NCBI GenBank assembly: GCA_038087875.1 | Contig: CM075984.1 | Coordinates: forward strand, 45,756,001-45,820,000 | Reading direction: 5' to 3' | From: Malacoraja senta | Lineage: Eukaryota | DNA: 64,000 bases | In this document: piece by piece, positions 28,480 to 42,977 of the stretch | How the letters are laid out: every line of letters begins with the position of its first letter | How positions within the stretch are numbered: the first letter of the stretch is position 1 | Notes under the pieces: generated by a model | The model's input: the letters and a program-made list of their open reading frames with translations, nothing else | The model's database searches: none | What the model was told of the DNA's origin: nothing | Program-made: the position numbers and the translations under genes

Positions 28480-28800
28480 TATCTTGTCCATACCAACCAA
28501 GTTGTCATTCTAGGATAATCCCATTTGCTTGCATTTAACCAGTATCGTCTAAACCCCGCCTGTTCATATATCCGTTCAAATGTTTTTTGAAAGTCAATTG
28601 TATCTGCTTCTATAGATTCCTCTGGTAGTTCATTCCAGATACGGACTACCCTTGGAGTGGAAAAGTTGCCCACAAGATCCCTCCTATATTTCTTCACTTT
28701 CACCGTTTAGCCCAGTGCTCCAAAGATAACATTCCAAGCCTATCCAACTTTGTGCCATAACCCAAGCCTGCAGAGTAGAAACAATCTGGTGAATCTTTGT
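28480..28800 (-). mobile_element. Degenerate CR1 3' fragment
   Basis: GNFSTPRVVRIWNELPEE, matching the CR1 ORF2 C-terminus. Confidence 0.7.
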
Positions 28801-29272
28801 GTAATGCTACAGGACAGAAGTTTGTGATTTGGTCCACTATAACTTAAGGTAATTCCCCATTATCAAGATTTATTTACAGTATCCTGACATTGACCCTGTT
28901 CTCCACTTACTCCGTTCCAAAGACTCTCCTCAAACAGCTTCACAGCATTAATATCTAATCAAAATCACTCACACTACCCTAATCTTCTTTGCATCTTTGT
29001 AAAATGGGCCACTTCAAGCATCTGTCCCTTTTCCTGTGCCTATTAAATATATTCATACCATTCTTTCAAGCAGTACATTGTGGATGCTATTAGCCACATA
29101 AACTAAAAATCTCACATCTCATTTTTGTTAATTCAACTTAATGTATCACCTCAGTCACCAACCCCTAATTAACCTATCGAAACTCTGCATACCATGCAGT
29201 TTTAAAATCGCTCCTTGACCGTTGCTGCTCTAACAAAATATGCTGCCTAGTTTCCCCATGTAAGTACATTTA

Positions 29273-29554
<282 letters not shown>

Positions 29555-30944
29555 TTAGTCTGCAGAATAATTCTGCACACCTCAATTTCAATAAGGTTGC
29601 AGTATGCAAAAATCGATGATAAACCTTTAGTTAATTTTAATGTTATTTTAATATTTTGGTACATTCAAACACAGACCAAGATGTGCTATAGTCATTCACT
29701 ATATTGAACACTAATGTCAGTATTATAACATGTACGAATTCACATCCTTACAGCAAAATTATTTATCTTTGTAGGAACCCGAATAGTGCTCTTGAGACAA
29801 TGAAATTTGCACATACACATCATTTTCCTATCGTATGAGTTCACCTTCAACAATTTATTCTTCTCTTTTATACCCTACTAGCCTGATGATCGTACATGGT
29901 TGGTATACATTAACCTTGCAACCCTTTTATATGTATCCCCCATAATTTTGTACTTTTCCTTTCATATGGAGATCAGAAATCTGCTCAGTACATTTCTGGC
30001 AAGATTCCAAACAATTTTAACATAACCTCCTAGAATAAAATTGTCAATTTCATCACTCCAGAAATGAACCATAATACAGTTATTTAGGGAAGTTAACCTG
30101 CTTGTCTATATCTTATGAATCTTTGTTCCAGGGTCCAAGTGCACCTTTACTCCATTCGCACTCTTATTCTCCCCAGATATTCAGTCTCCTTATTTCTATC
30201 CATCAGTTTACGTTTAGCTATATTATATTTCAATTGCAATTCCACATCCTAAAACTTCTAGTTTCTACTTCAATTTTATCTATTCCACAATTTTAAGTGC
30301 ACCTTTAGCCACTGAGCTACAAAACATAAATGTAAAAGTATCTTGACTGGTAAAAGTTCACGATAATCTAGGAGAGCAGCCACCAAGACTCTTCTTTAAC
30401 CACAAAAATCCAACTTCGTTTTTAAAACCTAGATCTGCTGCCATTACTGTTTGAAATAAAAGGCCTTAACCCATTGTCCGGATGCAGATTTTTGCATTTC
30501 AAAGTGGGTTATGAACCTTGGGAAAATTTGGAACTGGTCCCAGAAATTATTTCTCTTTTTTTTAAGGGGGGGGGGGGGGGGGGGGAGAAGAGGGGTCAGG
30601 TTAGATTGAATACACGAGAAATAGAATACTTTATGCCAAAAATATTTCTCATCCCTTACTGATTAAGAATGACATTCCACTCAATTGATTCAAATTTAAA
30701 TAGGTCCAATTTATTTTCCACGTTTGCATTTTCCCAAGGTAATATCTATGTTGTAATTTAGAAAGCTCTCTGGAATAGTTTTCTACATTACTTTCATATC
30801 AATAAAAATTGAACACACATTAATTAATCGGTAGAGATTGATGAACAAACCATGAAAACACAGAAAAATCCATTTACTTCTGTATTTCAATCAAGATTAT
30901 TAGCTATCTATTCTTTTTTCTTAAAGTAATTAAACAAAACTTCA

Positions 30945-31151
<207 letters not shown>

Positions 31152-32436
31152 TTACATTTTGAAACAGACACCGACATTTTGGCATTGAACTGCAAGGTCA
31201 ACAATACAAAATATTTAATTTGAACATGGTGCCATAGCTTTAAATTGTGGTTTCTTCAACCCAGCTGTTGTGAATATTCCTGGGAACTGAGAATGCAGTG
31301 AAATGTCTCAATGAATGACATTAGACTGCACTCATTAGTAAATTGCCATTAAACCTGCCATTACCAAAAAATGGTTTGAAGTAAATAGCTAAGATGGTCC
31401 ATGTTTGCAATCTACAAAGCACTTGTTATATAACAGCAAGCATTGAAGTAGTAGTGTGGTTTAGAACAATTTAAATTACACAGGTTTATCCACAACTGTT
31501 GTTTCTTGATAGTCCTCGAAAAATAGGAAGAGTTGGTGCCATTCCTCTAACCCAAGTTCATTTAAGATTGGCAGCTATAACAGGAATCTGCAAAATGGTG
31601 GCAACTCATAATCTATCTCTAATATGTGGTTATGTTGAGCCCCAAGCAATCTGCAATATACTTCAATAATAAAAGGGGTCACAAATACACAAGATGCCAA
31701 TGATCCAAACAAGAAAGGGTAGCTCATCCAACAGCTTGAATTCAGAAATTACAAAACAATTTGCCCAAAGTTGCAGAATAACGGAAGAAAAACTTTAAAT
31801 AGGTAATGTAAAAACGAAAGGGAATAAGTTTAATAGAAACCCCTTTTACTCTGAAAGATGGAACTGTGTGCAAGATGGTCAACTGGTACAGATCAACAAT
31901 AAAGTTAGTTTACAAAATAGAGAAGTTAATCAAGAGAACATAAATCAGAAGATGCCAAGGACAAATTATATCATGCTCCCATCAGACCATCACTGGTCAG
32001 CAAGTAATTGATCATTCCTTTCATCACTCGTGTACAATGGCTGCATCATGTACCATCCACAAAATGAACTGCAGTTACTCATCCTAGTTACCCCAAGAGT
32101 ATTTTCTATTACCAAAAAGGATATAGACAGCAGGATAACTGATTTGCCCTGGGACATGGGATAGGGAGCATGGTTTTTCATCTTGGTCACAGGTTTAAAT
32201 CCTGCACATATGATGCAAAGCAAAGAGATATGCTCACTCTACAGATGTTATATGTAGAAGCTCACGCAGTTCCTCATGGGAATGGATAAAAGAGCTACAA
32301 ATATCCTAAATACACTCAAGGTCAGGAATGGCTGTTACATCACAATGCAGATTCAGCAGTGCTCTGTTAAAGGTTTGGTGAATGCATTTGAATGAAATAG
32401 TAGAAGAGACTCAGTTTTGACCCAAACATACACATC

Positions 32437-33248
32437 CACTGGGTGGCTCCAGCAATGGCTGCCTCGCCAGCAGCAGTTAGTACTTCCACCCTTTTTGTTA
32501 TGTTTAGTATGTCTAATTGTATGTTTTAAATGTGTCTTAGTATGTCTTATGTGGGAAATAGGGGGAAACCGTTTTTGAGTCACTTAACTGGACAGAGATT
32601 CGTCTTTTTTCCATGTCGAATCTTCGCCCCCCCCCCCCCCCCCCCCCGGATTGGCGCGGCCTTTCCTACTGGAGACCGGCCAGAGTTTCAGTGACGGCGC
32701 AGCACTGAATTATCATTGCAGTGCGGGGCAATGCCTTGCCGGGGATTGCCTGTGTTGGAGCTCCGGAGTGTTGGGCCTGCTGACGTTAACACCGTGGAGC
32801 TGTGGTTTGTGGAGCTTCTAGCCGTGGGCACGGCGCTGACTTTAACATTGCAGAGGCCTGGGATCTTTTGCCGGGTGTCGCCAGCGTTGGAGCTCCGCCC
32901 AGCTCGGCCTGTGGACTTCGGAAGCCACGGTCTCTGGTGAGAAGCGGACGATTTGGAAACTGCCGTGAGTGTGTTCCGATCCGTTCCGACGCCAGAGTTT
33001 TGACATCGGGACATCGGGCCGTCTGTAGCGGCGACTCCAGAGGGTTCAAAGGCCCCGACCACGGGTGAACAAAGAGGAAGACGACTGAACTTTATTGCCT
33101 TCCATCACAGTGGGAAACGTTGATTCCGCTTTGGTGGATGTTTATATTAAACTCTATCGTGTATTGTGTTCTTTTTATTTGTATGGTTGTATGGTAACTC
33201 AAATCTCACTGTACCAATTGGTGCATGTGACAATAAATGTGAACTTGA
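32437..33248 (+). mobile_element. GC-rich non-autonomous retroposon with a Rex1-like 3' tail (putative)
   Basis: CpG-rich body in an AT-rich intron. Ends TCACTGTACC...GTGACAATAAA-(TGAACT)n. Possible ACATC TSD (32432-32436 / 33249-33253). Confidence 0.55.
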
Positions 33249-34854
33249 ACATCGTTGAAGCTTTATATCTAAAGTGAAAGTATTCTGCCGCTCAGTTGGC
33301 AATGTTGCTCATTTTAGTTAGCACACAAATGTATTTGCTTCACAAGGCTCAGTTGCATACAAACAAAAAATGTCAAAGGAAACATTCACGTTAAACAGCA
33401 TCTGTGTATATTAATAGGATTACGAGTAGTGTGTTTAAGGCTTCACATTAAGTCTAGGTCACTTGGGTAAATCAGCTCTCATTGTTTTCAGTTTTCCCCC
33501 CCGATACTTAGATCATATGACAGTGCCAAGACATTCATTACTTGGACCTTAATTTACGACATGCACAGAACCCCAAAATGCAGGAAATAAAGACTAATTA
33601 TAGCCTTTGACTTACTATATACAAATGATTTTTTTTTTTTTTAATAACCTGCTTATTGCTATTATTGGAAATGTTTCATTGCCTCCATAGTGTTACTAAA
33701 GGGCATTTTGTGGTTTCTACGCAGAGGCCAATAACCAAGGTTATACATTAGTTATATTATTTCTCAAATACATTTATTACATTGTAACTAGTTTAAATCT
33801 TTAATAATTTTTGATGAAAACTATTATTCTCTAATATAATTTTAGATGTTAAAAAGGTAACTGCATTCAAAAGCTGAGTCTACACAAGTTAGGTGCCTCA
33901 AAGTATGACAAGTATGACAAAACCAACATTCTACAGTTTGAAAACAGTTTATTGTTTATTTTAAAGAGTTTTGGGGGCATCCTTTAAGACAATCCGTACT
34001 GACTAAGCTTATTGTAATTGAACCAAATTGTGATACTAAAGTACAATTACAATTTGTAGATGAATAGGTAAATTTGCACCATGCTCTAGAGTACGAGTGC
34101 TGATGAGCAGCATAACGTTAACAATTTAAATGTTTTAGAAGATGTTTAAATGCAAACTAATTTCAGGTTTATAATCACACAAACCAGAGATCGTGGATAC
34201 TGAACACGTTTCCAAACAGCCAACTTGCCCGCACTGAATTGAACAGCAGTGCTCAGCTCCTTGTGTCAACCATGAGCTCTAATCAAATGCTGGTCACAAT
34301 TCAAGCTGCTAAATGTATTTTGTTTTTAAACCCAATTCCACTGGGGCACTTCACTGAGATTACAGAATTACTTTGATTGGCTGGCAGCGGAGCATTATTG
34401 TAAAGTTCTGTACCATTTTCTTTTCCCAACAATACTCAGTTGAAAGATCCAACAAAAATCTATATTTCCTATTAAGACTGCTAAAATACACCAAGTTGGT
34501 TTGGATCCCATTCCATATCACATGCTGAGACGGTTTATACATATAGACAAGATAAAGTTAGTCAATATTTTGTTAGATTCATGCTGAGCAGATTTCTTGC
34601 TGCTGTGTTTTCTCCATTTTCAGACTTGAAACATTAGACTTGCCTTTGGTTCCTTCAAATAGTAACCTGCAGTTTGCCACATCCCCAAAATAGGGAAAAT
34701 CTCGCATTTAAGCTGGCATGAAATCGAAATTGGCACCAAAATAAACTACAATTGAATTAGAACATCACCATCCATTGCCTTCAAGGCTTAGATGATAACC
34801 ACAATCACAAATAGGTGTTTGATATAGTTTCAAAGAAACATGCTTTTGAAATAC

Positions 34855-35083
34855 CTTCTGTTTTTCCGTTTTTTAACATATGGACTAGGCCAGAATTTTC
34901 CATTTCCACTATAGTTTTCATATGTTTAGAAATTAATTCTCTCTCCACCACTTTCACAATTGGTTCTTCCGTAGATTTATCAAGACAATGCATAACCCGC
35001 TCAATTTCTTCATTAATCCGTGCCTCCACTTTCTTAATGTACACAGATGCACTATTTTCTGCTAAGAACTTCTGACTTTCCAT
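34855..35083 (-). CDS. CUL3: Cullin-3 exon 6 (229 nt)
   Basis: [26 protein letters not shown]...[10 protein letters not shown]; preceded by a 152-bp intron 5. Confidence 0.98.
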
Positions 35084-35172
35084 CTGTGTAAAAATAAACA
35101 TTTTGCCATTTTACTGACTGCCAAGCAAGCCAAAGAAAGAAATGCATTATCAAGTTTTAAACTATAGATTTA

Positions 35173-35400
<228 letters not shown>

Positions 35401-35654
35401 TCAGATATTTCTCCATTTTCATGCAAGAGGAAAATCTAATTATATCAGCAAATAGTACTGTGCCTGTTAAAACTGGTTGGATTGAAGAATATCAGGTAAA
35501 AGCTAACCTTGCAAAAATTATTTGCAATATGGCAATACTAGTATAATGGCTGCATGACTTTCCAATGTCTTAAAGTACTTCCTAGAAAATCAAGTGCAGT
35601 CACATACTGTTGTAATGCAACAACAACAAAATCAGAGCAATAGGCTTGCATGTA

Positions 35655-37192
35655 CAGTGCATTCAGAAAGTATTCAGACCCCATCACTTTTTCCACATTT
35701 TGTTACGTTACAGCCTTATTTTAAAATGGATTAAATTCCATTTTTTAGCATCAATCTACACACAATACCCCAGAATGAAGCGAAAACAGGTGTTTAGAAA
35801 TTTTTGCAAAGTAATTAAAAAGAAATAACTGAAATATAATTTACATAAGTATTCAGACCCTTTGTTATATGACACTCAAAATCGAGCTTAGGTTCCTACT
35901 GTTTCCAGTGATTATCCTGGAGATGTGTCTACAACTTGATTGGAGTCCACCAGTGGTAAATTAAATTGATTGGACATGATCTGGAAAGGCACACACCTGT
36001 CTAAATAAGCAGAGCAAAAACCAAGCCATGAAGACAAAGGAATTGTCCGTAGACCTCCGAGACAGGTTTGTGTCGAGACAATTTCTGCAGCATTGCAGGT
36101 CCCGAAGAGTACAGTGGCCTCCGTCATTCTTAAATGGAAAAACTTTGGAACCACCAGCTGGCCACCCAGCCAAACTGAGCAATCGGGGGAGAAGCGCCTT
36201 GATCAGGGAGGTGACCAAGAACCCCGACAGAGCTCCAGAGCTCCTCTGTGGAGATGGGAGAACCTTCCGCAAGGATAACTATATCTGCGGCACTCCACCA
36301 ATCAGGCCTTTATGGTAGAGTGGCCGGATGGAAGCCACTCCTCAGTAAAAGGCACAGTAATTTGAAGTTTGCCAAAAGGGTTATTTTCTCTGCTGGTCTG
36401 GTTTGGTCTGATGAAACCAAGATTGAACTCTTTGGCCTGAATGCCAAGCATCACATCTGGAGGAAACCAGGCACCGCTCATCACCTGGCCAATACCATAC
36501 CTACGGTGAAGCATGGTGGCGGCAGCATACCATGCTGTGGGGATGTTTTTCAGCAGCAGGAACTGGGAGAATAGTCAGGATCGAGGGAAAGATGAACGGT
36601 GCAAAGTACAGAGAGATCCTTGATGAAAACCTGTTCCAGAGTGTTCTGGACCTCAGATTGGGGTGGAGGTTCACCTTCCAACAGGACAATGATGCTAAGC
36701 ACATAGCCAAGACAACGCAGGAGTGGCTTCATGTCAAGCCTGTCAATGTCCTTGAGTGTCCCAGCCAGAGTCCGAACTTGAACCCAATCGAACATCTCTG
36801 GAGGGACCTGAAAATAGCTGTGCATCGATGCTCCCCATCCAACCTGACAGAGCTTGAGAGGATCGGCAGAGAAGAATGGGAGAATTTACCCAAATACAGG
36901 TGTGCCACGCTTGCAGCGTCATACCCAAGAAGACTTGAGGCTGTAATCGCTGCCAAAGGTGCCTCAACAAAGTACTGAGTAAAGGGTCTGAATACTTATG
37001 TAAATGTGATATTTCAGTTATTTCTTTTTAATTACTTTACAAAAATTTCTAAACACCTGTTTTCACTTTTTTATTATGGGGTATTGTGTGTAGATTGATG
37101 ATAAAAAAGAATGTAATCCATTTTAGAATAAGGCTGTAACGTAACAAAATGTGGAAAAAGTGAAGGGGTCTGAATACTTTCTGAATGCACTG
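35655..37192 (+). mobile_element. Tc1 element family A, both TIRs present, internally deleted
   Basis: TA TSDs within an ATGTACAT target; TIR CAGTGCATTCAGAAAGTATTCAGACCCC; fragmented DD34E transposase. Confidence 0.96.
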
Positions 37193-37913
37193 TACATCAC
37201 TGCAGTAACGTCTTTAAAACAAAATCATTTTTTGGATCGCTAATTGCAGAAAAATACTGACCAAGCACCAGGAATAAATAGCCAACTCTTCCTTTAAATA
37301 GTGCCACTGGACTCTTACATTCACCTAGTAGTAGGCATGTGTCTGTTTTAGTTTGACCTTGAAGGACTTGTAAAACCTCTTCAGTACTGGACAAGAACAC
37401 CAGCCTAAATCTTGCTCCTCAAGTTTCAGTCAAGATCAAATTCATATGGAGAACTGGATATAACATTATTTCCAAAAGATTGCCCGTTGAGCACTAACTT
37501 GAAAGTTTGATCAGCTTTCAGCCATGATCACTGCACCTACTCCTGCACCTATTGTCTATTGTCAATTCAACTAGAGTAGAAAATTTGTTACAACTTCTAT
37601 AGAGCATCACCACTGTACAAGTCAATAGCCAGCATTGAATAATGTACCATTTATATCATTTATTCTAATAATATAATATGTATGCTGCAAAATTCTCTTT
37701 AATGAATAAATCAGTGCAGAATATCTGAACAGATTTGTTAGGATTGTTTGGTGGGTGACATCTTTTTGGAGTTATTGGGCTGGTAACCAAAAAATAATCA
37801 GTTAAGAAAGAAACTTAATTCTGATAAACCAGAGGGAAATAGACTAATAAACAAAAGGTTTTCATGAGCTTTTAATTGATGGTAAGAGATAACAAATCCT
37901 TGTCTGAACATAC

Positions 37914-38074
37914 CTGTCTACTACCTCTCCTTTCCTTTCACGTGCAATCATATCCAAGAGTGTTTGACGTAGGTGGTCTCTGATGCAACCATAACGCACA
38001 ACTTGATCTCTGAAAATGATCAACCCCAAGTTGTAAACATTCTCTACGTTATTTTGTTGTACATACACTCGATC
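37914..38074 (-). CDS. CUL3: Cullin-3 exon 4 (161 nt)
   Basis: [53 protein letters not shown](R); AG / GTATGT. Confidence 0.98.
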
Positions 38075-38861
38075 CTGCAAAGGAAAATAAATGGTCGTTA
38101 ATTTATTATTTTAAACAAGCAAATGTATTGATTTTTTGCCAGAGCAACATATTTTATTCTATTATATTTAATATGAACCAATCCATAGAACATTTGCTGC
38201 ATATACCAACTATAATACAAGCATTCACGTGGCCTTATTCAAGGTGAACGCAAAATGATCATCAAGAAAAAGACCAACTAGTTAGTCATAAAACACATGA
38301 ATAAACAGAAAACAGCCTTTAGTTTGACAATTACTTGTGTTCTTGCTCCACAAAAGAAATAGCAAGGACACAATATGACTGGGTCTCGAGGGAGAAAACC
38401 ATTTTCAGGCTAGTTATTGTTGAGTTAAATGGCAATTTTAAATGACAATTTTAAAAGGTAAGAACTGTATTTGTAGGAAGGAACTGCAGATGCTGGTTTG
38501 TTGGTTTACACCAAAGAGACACAAAAAGCTGGAGTAACTCAGTGGGACAGGCAGCATACCTAGATTTCTCCCCGACTTCAGTCGCTGAGAAATATTTCAG
38601 AATATAACTGAGCTGACAAATAACTCTCCAATGCCACTCAGAAGTCATTTGTAAGAATGTGTGCTCTTATAACTATCCCACATGCCTCTGGCTTATTGTT
38701 GTATAATTAGCATAATTTAACGGCTTAATGTAACTGTTAATTAACGGCTGTAACTAAATGTAAGACCCTTGTCCAGTACTGCTTCTTTTTATATCATGAT
38801 TTTACATTTGTTGTAGCTGAATAATTGTGATAGAATTTCCATCGTGATTGATTTTAGTAAC

Positions 38862-38918
38862 AACTGTGAAAAGTTACATAAAGGGCAAGCATTTCCCTTT
38901 ATGTAACTTTTCACAGTT
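38862..38918. repeat. Perfect 24-bp hairpin with a 9-nt loop
   Basis: AACTGTGAAAAGTTACATAAAGGG-CAAGCATTT-CCCTTTATGTAACTTTTCACAGTT. Confidence 0.9.
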
Positions 38919-38940
38919 ATTTACTACGAATTGTAAACTA

Positions 38941-39105
<165 letters not shown>

Positions 39106-39340
39106 TTATTTGCTCACATTTTGTGAAAGCTTCCATAGGTAAAACTGTTGCAAAACAAAGCAATCAACTCACGTTGGGATACTGCATACAGGCAGTTGGG
39201 TTAAAAAAAAATCAGTTAAAGTTGCATGTGCAGTACAATGCTGTGTTGTAACTTTTTACAGCAAATTCCAGCAAAAATCACTTGAGGGTCATAGAGAAGA
39301 AACATTTAATTTTAACCATACAAAACCAAATATTATTATT

Positions 39341-39560
39341 CAATAGACAATAGGTGCCGGAGTAGGCCATTCGGCCCTTCGGGCCAGCACTGCCATTAAA
39401 TGTGATCATGGCTGATCATCCCCAATCAGTACCCCGTTCCTGCTCCCCATACCCCCTGACTCCGTTATCTTTAAGAGCCCTATCTAGCTCTCTCTTGAAA
39501 GTATCCAGAGAACTGGCCTCCACCACCCTCTGAGGCAGAGAATTCCACAGACTCACAACT
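39341..39560 (-). mobile_element. CR1 3' end fragment
   Basis: Near-identical to 18776-18998, with the (CTATTGT) tail. Confidence 0.85.
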
Positions 39561-40500
39561 TATCTATATCAATGATTTGGATTAGAACATACACGGCAAG
39601 ATTCGCAAATTTGCAGATGATACAAATGGGTGGTTTTGCAGGTAGTAAGGATGGTTGTGAAAAATTGCAGCAGGTGATTGATCAATTGGCCAGGTGGGCT
39701 GAGGAATGGTTGATGGAATTTAACACAGAGAAGTGTGAGGTGTTGCATTTTGGGAAGTCTAACATGGACCTACAAAGTGAATGGTAGGGCTCTGGGGAGT
39801 GTTGTAGCGCAGAGGGATTTGGGAGTACAGATGCATGGTTCCTTGAGGGTGGAGTAGCAGGTGGATTGGATGGTCAAAAAGGATTTTGGCACATTAGCCT
39901 TCATCAGTCAGAGTATTGAGTATAGAAGCTTGGAGGCCATGATGCAGTTGTATAAGACTTAGTGAGGCTGCATTTAGAGTATTGTGTTTAGTTCTGGGCA
40001 CCAAAGATGTTGTCAAGCTGGAAACGGTACAGAGAAGATTTACGAGGACTAGAGGGTCTGAGTTATTGGGACGTTGAGTAGGCTGGGACTCTATTACTTG
40101 GAGTGCAAGGGAATGAGGGGTGATCTTGGAGAGGTGTATAAAATCTTCAGATCAGATTAGGTAGATGCACAGAGTCTCTTGCCCAGAGTAGGTAAATCGA
40201 GGACCAGAGGACATAGGTTTAAGGTGAAGGGGAAAAGATTTAATAGGAATCTGAGGGGTAACTTTTTCACATGTATGGAATTTCACATGTAGATGTATGG
40301 AACAAGCTGCCAGAGGAGGTAGTTGAGGCAGAGACTATTTCAACATTTAAGAAACAGTTAGACAGATAAATGGATAGGACAGGTTTGGAGGGATATGACC
40401 AAATGCGGGCAGGTGGAACTAATTTAGCTGGGACATGTTGGCCGGTGTGGGCAAGTTGGGCCGAAGGGCCTGTTTCCACACTATATCATTCCATGATTCT
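39561..40500 (+). mobile_element. CR1 LINE 3' portion (second subfamily)
   Basis: FADD codons, WLMEFNTEKCEVLHFG, and a 3'UTR GGGCCGAAGGGCCTGTTTCC tail shared with the V-SINEs. Confidence 0.88.
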
Positions 40501-40513
40501 ATATTTAAACATA

Positions 40514-42232
40514 CAGTGGCTTACAAAATTTTTCATACCCCTTGAACGTTTCCACATTTTGTCACGGTACAACCACAAACGTAAATGTATTTTATTGGGA
40601 TTTTATGTGATAGACCAACACAAAGTGGTGCATAGTTGTGAAGTGGAAGGAAAATTATACATGGTTTTCAAATTTTTTTACAAATAAAAAACTGAAAAGT
40701 GTCGCGTGCAAAAGTATTCAGCCCCCCTGAGTCAATACTTTGTAGAACCACCTTTCGCTGCAATTACAGCTGCAAGTCTTTTGGGGTATGTCTCTACCAG
40801 CTTTGCACATCTAGAGACTGAAATTTTTGCCCATTCTTCTTTGAAAAATAGCTGAAGCTCAGTCAGATTGGATGGAGAGCGTCTGTGAACAGCAATTTTC
40901 AAGTCTTGCCAGAGATTCTCAATTGGATTTAGGTCTGGACTTTGACTGGGCCATGCTAACACATGAATATGCTTTGATCTAAACCATTCCATTGTAGCTC
41001 TGGCTGTATGTTTAGGGTCGTTGTCCTGCTGGAAGGTGAACCTTCGCCCCAGTCTCAAGTCTTTTGCAGACTCTAACAGGTTTTCTTCCAAGATTGCCCT
41101 GTATTTTAGCTCCATCCATCTTCCCATCAACTCTGACCAGCTTCCCTGTCCCTGCTGAAGAAAAGCATCCCCACAGTCTGAAGAAGGGTTTCGGCCCGAA
41201 ACGTTACCTATTTCCTTTGCTCCATAGATGCTGCTGCACCCGCTGAGTTTCTCCAGCATTTTTGTGTACCATCCCCACAGCATGATGCTGCCACCACCAT
41301 GTTTCACAGTGGGGATGGTGTGTTCAGGGTGATGTGCAGTGTTAGGTTTCCGCCACACATAGCATTTTGCATTTAGGCCAAAAACTTCAATTTTGGTCTC
41401 ATCTGACCAGAGCACCTTCCTCCACATGTTTGCTGTGTCCCCCACATGGCTTGTGGCAAACTGCAAACGGGACTTCTTATGGCTTTTTTTCAACAATGGC
41501 TTTATTCTTGCCACTCTTCCATAAAGGCCCGATTTGTGGAGTGCACGACTAATAGTTGTCCTGTGGACAGATTCTCCCACCTGAGCTGTGGATCTCTGCA
41601 GCTCCTCCAGAGTTACCATGGGCCTCTTGGCTGTTTCTCTGATCAATGCTCTCCTTGCCCGGCCTGTCAGTTTAGGTGGACGGCCATGTCTTGGTAGGTT
41701 TGCAGTTGTGCCATACTCTTTCCATTTTCGGATGATGGATTGAACAGTGCTCCGTGAGATGTTCAAAGCTTGGGATATTTTTTTTTATAACCTAACCCTG
41801 CTTTAAACTTCTCCACAACGTTATCCCTGACCTGTCTAGTGTGTTCCTTGGGCTTCATGATGCTGTTTGTTCACTAATGTTCTCTAACAAACCTCTGAGG
41901 CCTTCACAGAACAGCTGTATTTATACTGAGATTAGATTACACACAAGTGGACTCTATTTACTAATTAGGTGACTTCTGAAGGCAATTGGTTGCACTGGAT
42001 TTTATTTTGGGGTATCAGAGTAAAGGGGGCTGAATACTTTTGCACGCGACACTTTTCAGTTTTTTATTTGTTAAAAAAATTGAAAACCATGTATCATTTT
42101 CCTTCCACAATTATGCGGCACTTTGTGTTGGTCTATCACATAAAATCCCAATAAAATACATTTACGTTTGTGGTTGTAACGTGACAAAATGTGGAAAAGT
42201 TCAAGGGGCATGAATACTTTTGCAAGCCACTG
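40514..42232 (-). mobile_element. Tc1 element family B, full length, with a nested 93-bp insertion
   Basis: TA TSDs and the same TIRs as 23461-25080. Transposase disrupted by a +2 in the A-run (41778-41786), the insertion, and a +1 near 41105. Confidence 0.97.
41177..41269 (+). mobile_element. 93-nt Penelope-like unit with a hammerhead core, nested in Tc1
   Basis: 11-bp TSD CATCCCCACAG (41166-41176 / 41270-41280); the empty site is present in the sister Tc1. Core CTGAAGA-A-GGGT-TTCG-GCCC-GAAACGTT. Confidence 0.92.
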
Positions 42233-42661
42233 TAGATACCATGGCTCAATAAAATACCAATTTTATTAAATTTACTGTATTTATAGTTTTATAAATTAAT
42301 ATATTATTGGTAGGGAACTATTGCAATCTATTACACAACTGCCGATCGAAAAATAAGAGACTCGGTAGAGTTAACAAGGATTTGTGAAAGAAAAATTATG
42401 TTTGAGAGACCTATTAGAAACTTTTGAGATTATATTTGAGGATAGGAATGAACTAACCAGTATAGTGTATTTGGATTTTCAGAAGGCTCTTGATAAAAGG
42501 CGCCATGAAGAAAATTGTAAAGTACCCAGTAAAATATCTTGATGCAGAGCTTCAATCTAAAACATAATTACTGAGTCCGCTTCTAAGAACAAATGAGATG
42601 AAATTCCCTGCGATGGTAAATATTTAGAATTCACCACTTGAGAGTTTTAAAGACTTAGTAA

Positions 42662-42977
42662 AGGGCCTGTTCCACTGTACGAGGCAATTCAAGAGTTCTC
42701 CCCTGATTCGAGCTTGTGTAATGTACGTAGCGGGTACGTAGGAGCTTGTGAATGTCACGTAGCGGCTCGTACGAGTAACGGTAAGTACTCGGGAAATCCG
42801 GTAAACTCGTGACGTTTTTTCAACACTGTGAAAAATGTCCACAAGTAAAAAAATACTCGTGATGAAAAAAATTGTTACTTTTTACTCGTACGAGCCCTTA
42901 CGTACCTGCTACGTACATTACACAAGCTCGAATCAGGGGAGAACTCTTGAATTACCTTGTACAGTGGGACAGTCCCT
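42662..42977. mobile_element. PIF/Harbinger-type MITE (316 bp)
   Basis: TAA TSD (42659-42661 / 42978-42980) and ~80-bp TIRs beginning AGGG(C/A)CTGT(T/C)CCACTGTAC; non-coding. Confidence 0.85.

Noticed and set aside
39341-40500. Twin-priming 5' inversion of a single CR1
   Set aside because: Both halves contain a 3' end and have different tails and subfamilies, so two insertions are more likely.
40732-41766. 344-aa ORF as an intact Tc1 transposase
   Set aside because: It lacks the true N-terminus (+2 frameshift) and reads through a 104-nt insertion plus an out-of-frame stretch rescued by a +1.
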